A model generated the notes under the pieces. That model made no database searches and was not told the origin of the DNA. It saw nothing but the letters and a program-made list of their open reading frames with translations. Below, piece after piece: positions 52,623-61,152 of a stretch of 64,000 nucleotides of DNA. This DNA comes from an uncultured cyanobacterium. Its GTDB lineage: Bacteria; Cyanobacteriota; Cyanobacteriia; Phormidesmidales; Phormidesmidaceae. The stretch's first letter is position 1. Every line of letters starts with the position of its first letter. The DNA lies in contig CAWBZI010000006.1 in the NCBI GenBank assembly GCA_963793265.1, forward strand, positions 768,001 through 832,000. Reading direction: 5' to 3'. The translations under genes and the position numbers were made by a program.

Positions 52623-53780
52623 GTGATAAATGTAATTGGGCTCATGAGCGGCACGTCAGTGGATGGGATTGATGCTGCCCTGACGCAGGTGTCTGGAGAA
52701 GGATATGCGGTTGAGGCCAAGTTGGTTAAAGGGATTACGTATCCTTATCCGAAAAAGGTGCGATCGCGTATCCTAGCGCTATGTGCCAATGAGCCAATTA
52801 CCTTAGCTGAACTAGCTGATTTAGATGATGCGATCACCCATCACTTCATCTGCGCCATCCACACCCTCAACATCGATCTATCTACTGTCGATCTCATCGG
52901 CTCTCACGGCCAAACCCTTCACCATAGACCGCCACAACCCAACCGCCTTGGCCACACCCTTCAGCTCGGACGCGGCGATCTCATTGCCCGCAAAACTAGC
53001 ATTCCTACAGTCAGCAACTTCCGCGTCGCTGATATTGCCCTCGGCGGACAGGGCGCACCGCTAGTCCCGATTATTGACGCTTGCTTACTCAGCCAGCCCA
53101 ATCACGATCTAGCCGTTCAAAATATTGGTGGAATTGGCAACGTTACATATCTTCCTCCGTGGGACAAAACATTAGAGGGATCTAAGCAAGCAATACCTCA
53201 AGGCGTTAGAGGCTGGGACACTGGGCCAGGGAATGCGCTGATAGACTGGGCGGTTGCAAAACTATCAGAAGGACAGCAAACCTACGATAAGAACGGACGT
53301 TGGGCAGCGCAGGGTAAGCCAGATCAAGCGCTGATAGATCAATGGCTGCAAGCACCGTTCTTTCAAGAAGTACCGCCTAAGTCTACTGGGCGCGAGCTTT
53401 TTAGCGTTGAGTATGCGCAGCAGTGTTGGCAGCACGCACAAGATAAAGGGCTAAGCGATCGCGATTTTCTAGCGACCCTTACCGACTTTACTGCGGCCAC
53501 CATTGAGTTAAGCTACCGGCAATTTTTGCCACAGATTCCTGCCGAAACATTGATCGGCGGCGGCGGCAGTCGGAATCAGTACCTTATGAGCAGGCTTCAG
53601 CAACGGTTGCCTGAATCAAAGGTGATTTCGACCGATGAGCGCCAGTTAGACGCTGATTATAAGGAGGCGATCGCCTTTGCTATTTTGGCCTATTGGCGCT
53701 GGCACAATACGCCAGGCAACTTACCCAGCGTGACAGGCGCAAGCCGAAGCTGTTTATTAGGCGAGATTTGGACACCGTAG
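52623..53780 (+). CDS. anmK: Anhydro-N-acetylmuramic acid kinase
   Basis: GLMSGTSVDG, GSHGQT, GGQGAPLVP, NIGGIGN, DTGPGN, PKSTGRE. Confidence 0.96.
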   Translation: MINVIGLMSGTSVDGIDAALTQVSGEGYAVEAKLVKGITYPYPKKVRSRILALCANEPITLAELADLDDAITHHFICAIHTLNIDLSTVDLIGSHGQTLHHRPPQPNRLGHTLQLGRGDLIARKTSIPTVSNFRVADIALGGQGAPLVPIIDACLLSQPNHDLAVQNIGGIGNVTYLPPWDKTLEGSKQAIPQGVRGWDTGPGNALIDWAVAKLSEGQQTYDKNGRWAAQGKPDQALIDQWLQAPFFQEVPPKSTGRELFSVEYAQQCWQHAQDKGLSDRDFLATLTDFTAATIELSYRQFLPQIPAETLIGGGGSRNQYLMSRLQQRLPESKVISTDERQLDADYKEAIAFAILAYWRWHNTPGNLPSVTGASRSCLLGEIWTP

Positions 53781-53918
53781 ATTCGGTGCTGCCAGCTCAG
53801 CAATTACAGGTCAAATACAGCGTGACGATGGTAACCTACCGCAAACTTAAGGATCGCAAACTTCAGACAAGATATCTGAGTGGGCATTCTAAAAAAGCTG
53901 GTATGAAGGAATAGCGCT

Positions 53919-54359
53919 GTGGCCCACAGCTTTTTATTAGAACCTGGCAAATGGACGTTGCAAGGAACCTGGCTCACTCGTGACGCACTGCCAACGCCTG
54001 TTAAGGGGAAAATGTTGGTTGCCTGGAAACAAGATAGCTACTTCAGGGTAGTGACTAAGCTTGCCTTTCCTGAAAGCGATCTTGAAGATATTGTGATTCA
54101 GTCACGAGGCCGCATGACCAGTCAAGAACGGCAATATACCTTCGTGCTACAGCATAGCCTGCTTGGCAAAGTAGAAGGTGAAGGCTGGATAGCCCCAGAA
54201 ACAATTGTGCAGCGCTACTGGGGCCTGAGTGACAAACAGCGCCGTTCAGGCTTTGAAACGCTGCGTCAAACTGGCCCAGCGCAATACTACTTGTCGGGTG
54301 GAGAGATGGCCGGACACTATCTCACCAGCACCGTAGAAGCTGAACTCACTCGTCAGTAG
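53919..54359 (+). CDS. Hypothetical beta-rich protein
   Basis: 146-aa ORF with AGGA RBS, 11 nt upstream of the kinase gene. Confidence 0.75.
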   Translation: MAHSFLLEPGKWTLQGTWLTRDALPTPVKGKMLVAWKQDSYFRVVTKLAFPESDLEDIVIQSRGRMTSQERQYTFVLQHSLLGKVEGEGWIAPETIVQRYWGLSDKQRRSGFETLRQTGPAQYYLSGGEMAGHYLTSTVEAELTRQ

Positions 54360-54370
54360 ACAACCCTTGA

Positions 54371-56017
54371 ATGTCAGATCCTAACACTGGTCGCAAAATT
54401 TCTAATCGGTACGAGCTGATAGAATCCATCGGGCAAGGCTCTATGGGCAAAGTCTATCTAGCAGGCGACTCTTTGCTCGGGGGCGTACCTGTTGCCGTTA
54501 AGTTTTTATCTCAAACGCTGCTCAACGAGGACATGCGGACACGCTTCTTTCGAGAGGCCATGACCTGCGCGCAGCTTGGCCAAAAAAGTATGCACGTGGT
54601 CAGAGTGACTGACTATGGTGTCAACGAGGACGACATTCCGTTCTATGTAATGGAATATCTCAAAGGCGAGAACATTGGCCGATTAGTCCATAAAAAACCG
54701 CTGCCAGTACCTAGATTCATTGGGCTAGTGCGTCAGATTTTGCTGGGCCTTAGAACGGCACACCACGGAATATTGGTCAAAGGTGAAGTTGTTCCTATCA
54801 TCCACAGAGATATTAAACCCAGCAACATTTTGGTAACCTCCGATCCTTCTATGGGTGAGCTGGTCAAAATTTTAGACTTCGGCATCGCTAAGCTTTTGCA
54901 GGCAGGCTGCAAACAGACCAGCACGTTCATGGGTACGCTGGCCTACGCTTCTCCAGAGCAGATGGAAGGTCGTGAGCTAGATAGCCGCTCAGACATCTAT
55001 AGTCTGGGCGTGATGATGTATCAGATGCTATCAGGTACGCTGCCGGTAAAGCCCGCTAACAATACGTTTGGAAGCTGGTATAAAGTTCACCGCTTGTCTG
55101 TTCCTAAGTCACTAGCTGAGTTCAAACCTGATCTAAAAGTGCCGAAAGCGCTAGAAGAAATCGTAATGGCCTGCTTAGCCAAACAGCGAGAAGATAGACC
55201 TGAAACAATCGATCAAATCATAGATGCAATTACGCCCCTAGAGGAACGCTTCGGATCAGGGTTTCAAATTTCACAGAGAATCAATACGACGCTCTCAAAG
55301 CTGCCTGTAGTGGGCCACAGCGAATCCGAACAGCAGCCGAACGGAACAGAACGCCTACTAGAAAGCCTGGAAGCTGATGGCACTTCAGCAGATAGCGCTT
55401 TAGACAATTCAACCGGCAGCGCGTCTGCTAACTACCCGGCAGTAGATGACTTCTACTCGCAGCAGAGCTGGCCGTCAGAAATGCCGATTGCGCAAATTGT
55501 GTTTCCCCGACTATTAACCCAGGATAAGAACGAGATTCCGGCACTGTGGGCAATGATGCCAGCCGTCGAAATCGACAAGCGAATTCGCAACACTCGCTAT
55601 AACAATTTTATGTGCACGATGACGCCGCATCCGATGGTGCTGTGGCTGACTGCTTTTTATAACAAGCTAGAAGGGCCGCGTTGGCTACCGTGCTACCTAG
55701 ATTTAAAAGCTGAGTCTGCTCAAAAGATACTTTGGGCCTTAGCCGAAACTCGTCAGTATCGTATTTTGTTTTTTACGAAAGAAGCGCCAAATCGATGCGT
55801 CAGCGTACGGCAGCTAAACGTGGCTACAAGCCAGCAAAAGCTGTTCAAGGAATGGGCTATGACAGCGCGTAGCCTACGTACAGTTGGCAATCCGCAATAT
55901 AGTAAAACACTGCTTAAGCGAGAGCTAGAAGATAATCTTAAGCCTAAGATTATCATGAACTTTGAAGCTATGCATTCCGATTCCCAACCCGGACTTGACG
56001 CATCTCTGGGCTTCTAA
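54371..56017 (+). CDS. spkA: Hanks-type Ser/Thr kinase, SpkA-like
   Basis: IGQGSMGKV, AVK, HRDIKPSN, DFG, GTLAYASPE; soluble C-terminal domain (WPSEMPIAQIVFP..PRWLPCYLD). The symbol is a best match. Confidence 0.8.
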   Translation: MSDPNTGRKISNRYELIESIGQGSMGKVYLAGDSLLGGVPVAVKFLSQTLLNEDMRTRFFREAMTCAQLGQKSMHVVRVTDYGVNEDDIPFYVMEYLKGENIGRLVHKKPLPVPRFIGLVRQILLGLRTAHHGILVKGEVVPIIHRDIKPSNILVTSDPSMGELVKILDFGIAKLLQAGCKQTSTFMGTLAYASPEQMEGRELDSRSDIYSLGVMMYQMLSGTLPVKPANNTFGSWYKVHRLSVPKSLAEFKPDLKVPKALEEIVMACLAKQREDRPETIDQIIDAITPLEERFGSGFQISQRINTTLSKLPVVGHSESEQQPNGTERLLESLEADGTSADSALDNSTGSASANYPAVDDFYSQQSWPSEMPIAQIVFPRLLTQDKNEIPALWAMMPAVEIDKRIRNTRYNNFMCTMTPHPMVLWLTAFYNKLEGPRWLPCYLDLKAESAQKILWALAETRQYRILFFTKEAPNRCVSVRQLNVATSQQKLFKEWAMTARSLRTVGNPQYSKTLLKRELEDNLKPKIIMNFEAMHSDSQPGLDASLGF

Positions 56018-56034
56018 AATAGCTGGCCTAGAGA

Positions 56035-56907
56035 TTACTTCTGCCGAGGAAAGTGGATGATAGGATGCCAGGAAGCTCTGAGGATAGCGTTGGTGAAGCT
56101 AGGTACGGTGAGCTTGAGCAATCCGCCACTTTTGCCAGAGCAGACAGCGATCGCGCTAATATCGTTCATCTCACCCGACTTCATAATTTCCTCTAGAGGA
56201 TCGCCAACGCGAACCTCAGTCTTGATCTCAGTGCCTTTATCGTCTAGATCAGCCTTGACTCTATCCAACTCAGCCTGCGCTTTTTCCATGGGACTGTTGC
56301 TCGATATCCGTCCACCATCATCAACGACCCAGCATAGCGTGCAAGTCTCCAAAGCACCCTTCGGCTCGGCCTGAATTATCTCCTTGATTTTGCTTACTAA
56401 GTACTTAGCGCTACCGCTGCCGTCATAGGGAACTAGCAAATAGTCGAATAAATTTTGACAGCGCTGCGCTAGCTCAGCTTCGCGGTATGTAGAGACAAGC
56501 TGAGGGCGCATAATTAATATCGGCACGTCTATCTTGTCAGCCATGTCCAAGGTAGTACTGCCAAAGAGCTTTTCATTCAAAGCTGAACGTGTAGGCATTC
56601 CTGAAAAAACGATATCGGGCTTGTACTTTTTAGCGGCCCTAGCAATGTTTTCACTCGCCCGGCCCGAGGCAATTTCGATCTCAACGGTCGTACCGGCTGG
56701 GACATCTACCTCAGCAGCGGCAAGTACTTCGTGAGCTTCACTAACACGCTCTTCGTCCACACAGGGAATCTCACGAGAGGTCATCAGCGGTACATTGTGA
56801 AAAAACACAATATGCTCCATGCCACCTTTGGCTAAGTCAGGGACGAAGTTAGCCAGGCGCTGAAGAGAATCAGTGAAATCAGTGCAAATTAGTACACGCT
56901 TAAACAT
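56035..56907 (-). CDS. Tandem-domain universal stress protein
   Basis: MFKRVLICTDF, FGSTT, LVPYDGS. Confidence 0.9.
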   Translation of the reverse strand: MFKRVLICTDFTDSLQRLANFVPDLAKGGMEHIVFFHNVPLMTSREIPCVDEERVSEAHEVLAAAEVDVPAGTTVEIEIASGRASENIARAAKKYKPDIVFSGMPTRSALNEKLFGSTTLDMADKIDVPILIMRPQLVSTYREAELAQRCQNLFDYLLVPYDGSGSAKYLVSKIKEIIQAEPKGALETCTLCWVVDDGGRISSNSPMEKAQAELDRVKADLDDKGTEIKTEVRVGDPLEEIMKSGEMNDISAIAVCSGKSGGLLKLTVPSFTNAILRASWHPIIHFPRQK

Positions 56908-57150
56908 AAAATCGCACCTAAATAAAATGCCTTGACTCGCAGCACGCTCGAAAGGATAAGGCAGGTGCTACGAAGATATATTTCAACAGTATCACTCTCT
57001 TAAAGCGATCATCTCGAATCAGAATCATCTAAAAGCAAAACCTTAGAGCACCGTAGAACAAAAATCCTGACAAATCAATCCGGCTATAGATAGACAACTT
57101 TGAAGCTGTTAGCTGAAACGCTGGCATAGGGCAGCTAAAGCAAAGGAACT

Positions 57151-57885
57151 TTACAAAAAAAGTGCGATCGCCGTGATGTTATCGCGACCGCCCTGTGCCT
57201 TAGCGGCTTCAGCTAGTCGATTGACCGACTCTTCACAGGTATCAGCGGACTGTAGATAGGTAATGATTGCATCGTCAGACAGTTCGTCTGTGAGCCCATC
57301 GCTACACAGCAGTATTCGATCTGATGGTTCGACATAAACTCGCTGAGTCTCGACCGATAAAAGATCTTCGCGACCCACGCACTGAGAAAGGACGTGCCGC
57401 CAGGGATGGTGCTGCTGTTGCTCAGGCTTCAGATTGCCGTTTTTTATAGACTGAGCGACCCAGGTATGGTCTTGCGTCAGTTGAAAAAAACCACTCTCTC
57501 TAAGCAAATAGAGACGAGAGTCGCCTACGTGCGCACACCAGATCTGATCTCCTCTAAGCATTAGCGTGACAACGGTCGTACCCATATCTGCTCGCTCAGG
57601 GTGGGCCTGCTGGTCGTCTAGAATCGCATCGTTGGCTAGTAGAATAGACTGCTCTAGCAGCATCGAAGAGCTAATATCGCTAGCAGTGTAAGCAGCTATA
57701 TGACCCAGAATTGTTTTAACGGCAATTTGGCTTGCCTCGTGACCACCCGCATGACCACCCATTCCATCAGCCACGATAAACAGATCACCCGCTGGCGATA
57801 AGTAGTAGCTATCTTGATTCGTACGGCGCTGTAAGCCAATATCTGAAAGACCAGCACAGGACAAAGCGGGTAGGGAATGGCGCAT
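57151..57885 (-). CDS. pphA: PP2C phosphatase PphA (PII phosphatase)
   Basis: NQD, VADGMGGHAGG, DMGTT, HVGDSR, HPWRHVLSQC.GREDL, CSDGL, GGRDNIT; downstream of the ABC1 kinase. Confidence 0.88.
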   Translation of the reverse strand: MRHSLPALSCAGLSDIGLQRRTNQDSYYLSPAGDLFIVADGMGGHAGGHEASQIAVKTILGHIAAYTASDISSSMLLEQSILLANDAILDDQQAHPERADMGTTVVTLMLRGDQIWCAHVGDSRLYLLRESGFFQLTQDHTWVAQSIKNGNLKPEQQQHHPWRHVLSQCVGREDLLSVETQRVYVEPSDRILLCSDGLTDELSDDAIITYLQSADTCEESVNRLAEAAKAQGGRDNITAIALFL

Positions 57886-57908
57886 GAAAACAGTTTTGAG
57901 AACTGAGC

Positions 57909-59966
57909 CTAAGGCATCCGGTCTGCTTTGGCAATTCGCATGAGCAGGCGAACAAACGAAACACCCGTAATTGCGGCAATCACACCCATCACTATCGCTG
58001 GCCAAACTGTCAGCGTGCTAGCAAATATTGCTAATAGTGTGGCCGATAGCGTAAAGGTTCCAACCAGCAGTGCATAGCTGTTTGCTAGTGATAGATCGCT
58101 GTTGCGGCGAAGAATGCGATCACTCTCAATAGAACGCACTCGCACTCGAATGTCGCCTCTATCCAACCTATCTAGCGTATCTTCGATCCGCCGAGGCAAG
58201 CTCAAAGCAGATGAACCAACTTGCGCCGCCTGCCGACTAATTTCACCCAATAGACCGTTCGTCTCTCCAGGGCCACCGTTTGTCATAAGTTCACTCGCAT
58301 AGGGTTTTGCAGCTTCCATAAAATTGAACTCTGGATCGAGTCCTTTTCCAACCCCTTCTAAGGTAGAAAATGCTCGCATCACAAACGTAAAAGTAGCCGG
58401 AAAGCGGAAAGGCTGATCGTAGGCAACCGCGTATAAGTCGTCGCTAATGGCCGCGACCGACTGCTCCTCAAACGGCTTATCCATCAGGTTATCTAAGATG
58501 TACTGAATAGAACGGCGTACTGGCCCCATATCATCGATTTCGGCAAGCGCTCCCAAGTCTACTAACGCAGACATCACCAGGCCAGCGTTTCGCTGAGAAA
58601 CACCTACAAACGTATCCATCAGCCGGGCCCGAGTTACCGCTGGGATCTGGCCCATCATGCCAAAGTCATAGAATATCAGCGCGCCGTCGGCTGGATTCAC
58701 CGCAATATTGCCGGGGTGAGGATCGGCGTGAAAGAAACCATCTGTTAGCAGCTGTCGCAAATATGCTTCTGCGCCTAACTTCGCTAAGCGCTTTCGATCT
58801 AAGCCTGCCGACTCCAAAGCCTCGTAGTGGCTAATCTTAATACCGGGCATATACTCCATCGTCAGCACGCGAGGAGATGTATAGCGCCAGTAGATGCGCG
58901 GCACCTGCACCCACTCAACACCACGGAAGTTACGCCTGAACTTGTCACCGTTTCGGCCTTCATGTAGGAAGTCAATCTCTAGCCACAGCAAGCGGCAGCA
59001 TTCTTCGTAAATGCCCATCCAGTCACGACCTTTGCCCCAATCAGGATGGTTTTGGAAGTATTGAGCAATGCCTTTAAGGATGGAAAGATCAATTGCAAAT
59101 AGTCTGGAGAGTCCTGGCCTCTGAACCTTGACAACGACTTCTTCGCCTGAGTGCAGTTGAGCACAGTGCACCTGGCCTAAGCTTGCTGCTGCGATAGGTA
59201 CCGGATCAAAGGTGTTGTAGAGTTCTATGAGCGATCGCCCAAAATCACCCTCAATTGTCGCCTTTACTTGCTCGTAGCTAAAAGCAGGCACCCGGTCTTG
59301 AAGCTTGGACAGCTCGTTGACATATTCGATCGGAAATAGATCGGCGCGCGTAGAAAATAGCTGACCAATTTTAATAAAGGTTGGGCCTAAGCTGAGGCAC
59401 GTCTCTCTAATCCAAACCGCCATCTCTTCGCGGCGCTTGGTCTTTTTCTCGGGCGTTACCTCGCCTGCGTAGCTCCACTTCTTGTTGTACAGCCACCGCT
59501 TAGAAAGCAGCTTAAGTACAAATGACCAAATGTCTATAAATCGCTGGGGTCTAGAATAGCTACCTCGATTCCATCGATAGTCGCCGTCGCTATAAGAGCT
59601 ACCACTATATGTCGAAGTAGAAGCAGGTATCGGTGCCTGTATTGGGACACTGGGAATCCTTTGCGCTGCGCTTTGCGCTTTTTCTCTTTGCGCATTTCTT
59701 TGATCGGGGTGCTGATGCAACTCTGTCTGCGCTGGCGGTGTAACTAAGCTGTCGTCAAGAACAGGAGCAGGGATCTCTAAGCGAGATCTCATATGACCTG
59801 CTGTATGGCCTTCTATGTGATTGCTGTGACCACTAGCGGTATGACCATTGTGGTGATGATCAGTCGGGCGTACTTGAGGCTCGCTAGAAGACAAAGCAGC
59901 ATCTAGCGTATCTGCCGGTGAATCGGGCAGCGGGGAAGATTCACTTTCTTTAGAAACAGCAGACAC
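57909..59966 (-). CDS. ABC1/AarF/UbiB atypical kinase (SpkI-like)
   Basis: LGPTFIKIGQ, AAASLGQVH, VKVQRP, FFHADPHPGN, DFGM. Confidence 0.93.
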   Translation of the reverse strand: MSAVSKESESSPLPDSPADTLDAALSSSEPQVRPTDHHHNGHTASGHSNHIEGHTAGHMRSRLEIPAPVLDDSLVTPPAQTELHQHPDQRNAQREKAQSAAQRIPSVPIQAPIPASTSTYSGSSYSDGDYRWNRGSYSRPQRFIDIWSFVLKLLSKRWLYNKKWSYAGEVTPEKKTKRREEMAVWIRETCLSLGPTFIKIGQLFSTRADLFPIEYVNELSKLQDRVPAFSYEQVKATIEGDFGRSLIELYNTFDPVPIAAASLGQVHCAQLHSGEEVVVKVQRPGLSRLFAIDLSILKGIAQYFQNHPDWGKGRDWMGIYEECCRLLWLEIDFLHEGRNGDKFRRNFRGVEWVQVPRIYWRYTSPRVLTMEYMPGIKISHYEALESAGLDRKRLAKLGAEAYLRQLLTDGFFHADPHPGNIAVNPADGALIFYDFGMMGQIPAVTRARLMDTFVGVSQRNAGLVMSALVDLGALAEIDDMGPVRRSIQYILDNLMDKPFEEQSVAAISDDLYAVAYDQPFRFPATFTFVMRAFSTLEGVGKGLDPEFNFMEAAKPYASELMTNGGPGETNGLLGEISRQAAQVGSSALSLPRRIEDTLDRLDRGDIRVRVRSIESDRILRRNSDLSLANSYALLVGTFTLSATLLAIFASTLTVWPAIVMGVIAAITGVSFVRLLMRIAKADRMP

Positions 59967-60083
59967 TCAAGCTTCCTACTACAGTTAAAATGGACTTTCT
60001 TGTCGAAAATGGGATACTAAAGAAACCATTTTGTTGAATAGCTTTTGAAGATCTAAACAGACGGGCGAATTGGCTAGCGCGCT

Positions 60084-60431
60084 TCAAGAGGCTTGCTTGT
60101 GCTGTTGAATGGCCGCTCTGGCTTGAGCAATTTCAGCTCTTAAGTCGTCAATGGTTGCCTGAAGATCTTCGTTATCAGGAGCACCGCCCGGTGGTGTAGG
60201 TGCCGCCACAGAAGCGTCGCTGGTGTAGCCACCATTTTCTTCAGCCGCTACCTTTTCTTGCTCTGCTCTAGCCATGACTTCTTCAGTGAACTCGCGCAGC
60301 TTCTCACGCTGTTCAGCGTCAAATTTGCCTAACTGGCTTAGGCCGTCACTTACAACGTGTCCAGCTCTCTCACTGACAGCCGCTGCTAGCGCTCGTCCAA
60401 CAAAAAAAGCTTGCAGCATTGGGTTACTCAT
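60084..60431 (-). CDS. Conserved coiled-coil protein (Sll1769-like)
   Basis: MSNPMLQAFFVGRA..LGKFDAEQRE..DLQATIDDLRAEIA; first gene of the kinase-pphA unit. Confidence 0.8.
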   Translation of the reverse strand: MSNPMLQAFFVGRALAAAVSERAGHVVSDGLSQLGKFDAEQREKLREFTEEVMARAEQEKVAAEENGGYTSDASVAAPTPPGGAPDNEDLQATIDDLRAEIAQARAAIQQHKQAS

Positions 60432-60574
60432 AAAAAATTCACGCGTTCACATCTGCAATTATAAACACCCTTCAGACAGTTCTGGCAGATTTAACCCCTA
60501 GCAAAGTTTTTTTAGGAATGCTTATGAAATTGACTGGGGGTACAAATAATCGCTAGATGCAGACATCGCTAGGT

Positions 60575-61078
60575 CTACTGCTGCCCTTCGTCATCATAGT
60601 AGTATGTTTCATCGCTCCAGGTAGAGCCTTCTACCGGAGGATAGTTCTCTGAGTCAAAGTAGCTCTCCGGGTCGGAATAGCTTTCTGAGTTAGGGTAGCT
60701 CTCTAGATCTTCGTCAAAGGTAGGGATTTGAGGGGACTCTGGGAAAGCTTCATTGCCCTTTACATCACCGCTGTTGTAATCACTACTGTCATCACGGCTA
60801 GGCAAGCCCCCACCCCCCGGTAGATAATGCGAATCAGCAGTGCCCTGAGGCAGCTCAGGGGCCCAAGTAGAAAGCGCTGGGAAGGTTTGTAGCGGGCTTA
60901 AAAAGCGAACATTCGATGAGTTAGCAAGCGAAAATCGAATGAGCCCGCCGATGAATAGTCCGACTAAACCAGCTAGCCCAGCCGTGATTAGCAGCGCTTG
61001 GGAAACGCTCAACCGCTCGTCTTTCGACTGAGTTGAGGGTGCCTGCTCGGCGTTGGAGTTGAAGGGTGATAGGGACAT
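60575..61078 (-). CDS. Hypothetical single-pass membrane protein with acidic tail
   Basis: One TM helix, FLSPLQTFP, acidic C-terminus with 6-aa ESY repeats. Confidence 0.75.
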   Translation of the reverse strand: MSLSPFNSNAEQAPSTQSKDERLSVSQALLITAGLAGLVGLFIGGLIRFSLANSSNVRFLSPLQTFPALSTWAPELPQGTADSHYLPGGGGLPSRDDSSDYNSGDVKGNEAFPESPQIPTFDEDLESYPNSESYSDPESYFDSENYPPVEGSTWSDETYYYDDEGQQ

Positions 61079-61120
61079 ACCAAATTTGGAGCCGGTAGTT
61101 TAGGTGGTTACCTGGAGACT

Positions 61121-61152
61121 TACTTGAACGAAAGGCTACTTGAACGGAAGAC
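61121..61152. repeat. 16-bp tandem duplication abutting the nucleotidyltransferase stop
   Basis: TACTTGAACGAAAGGC / TACTTGAACGGAAGAC. Confidence 0.8.
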
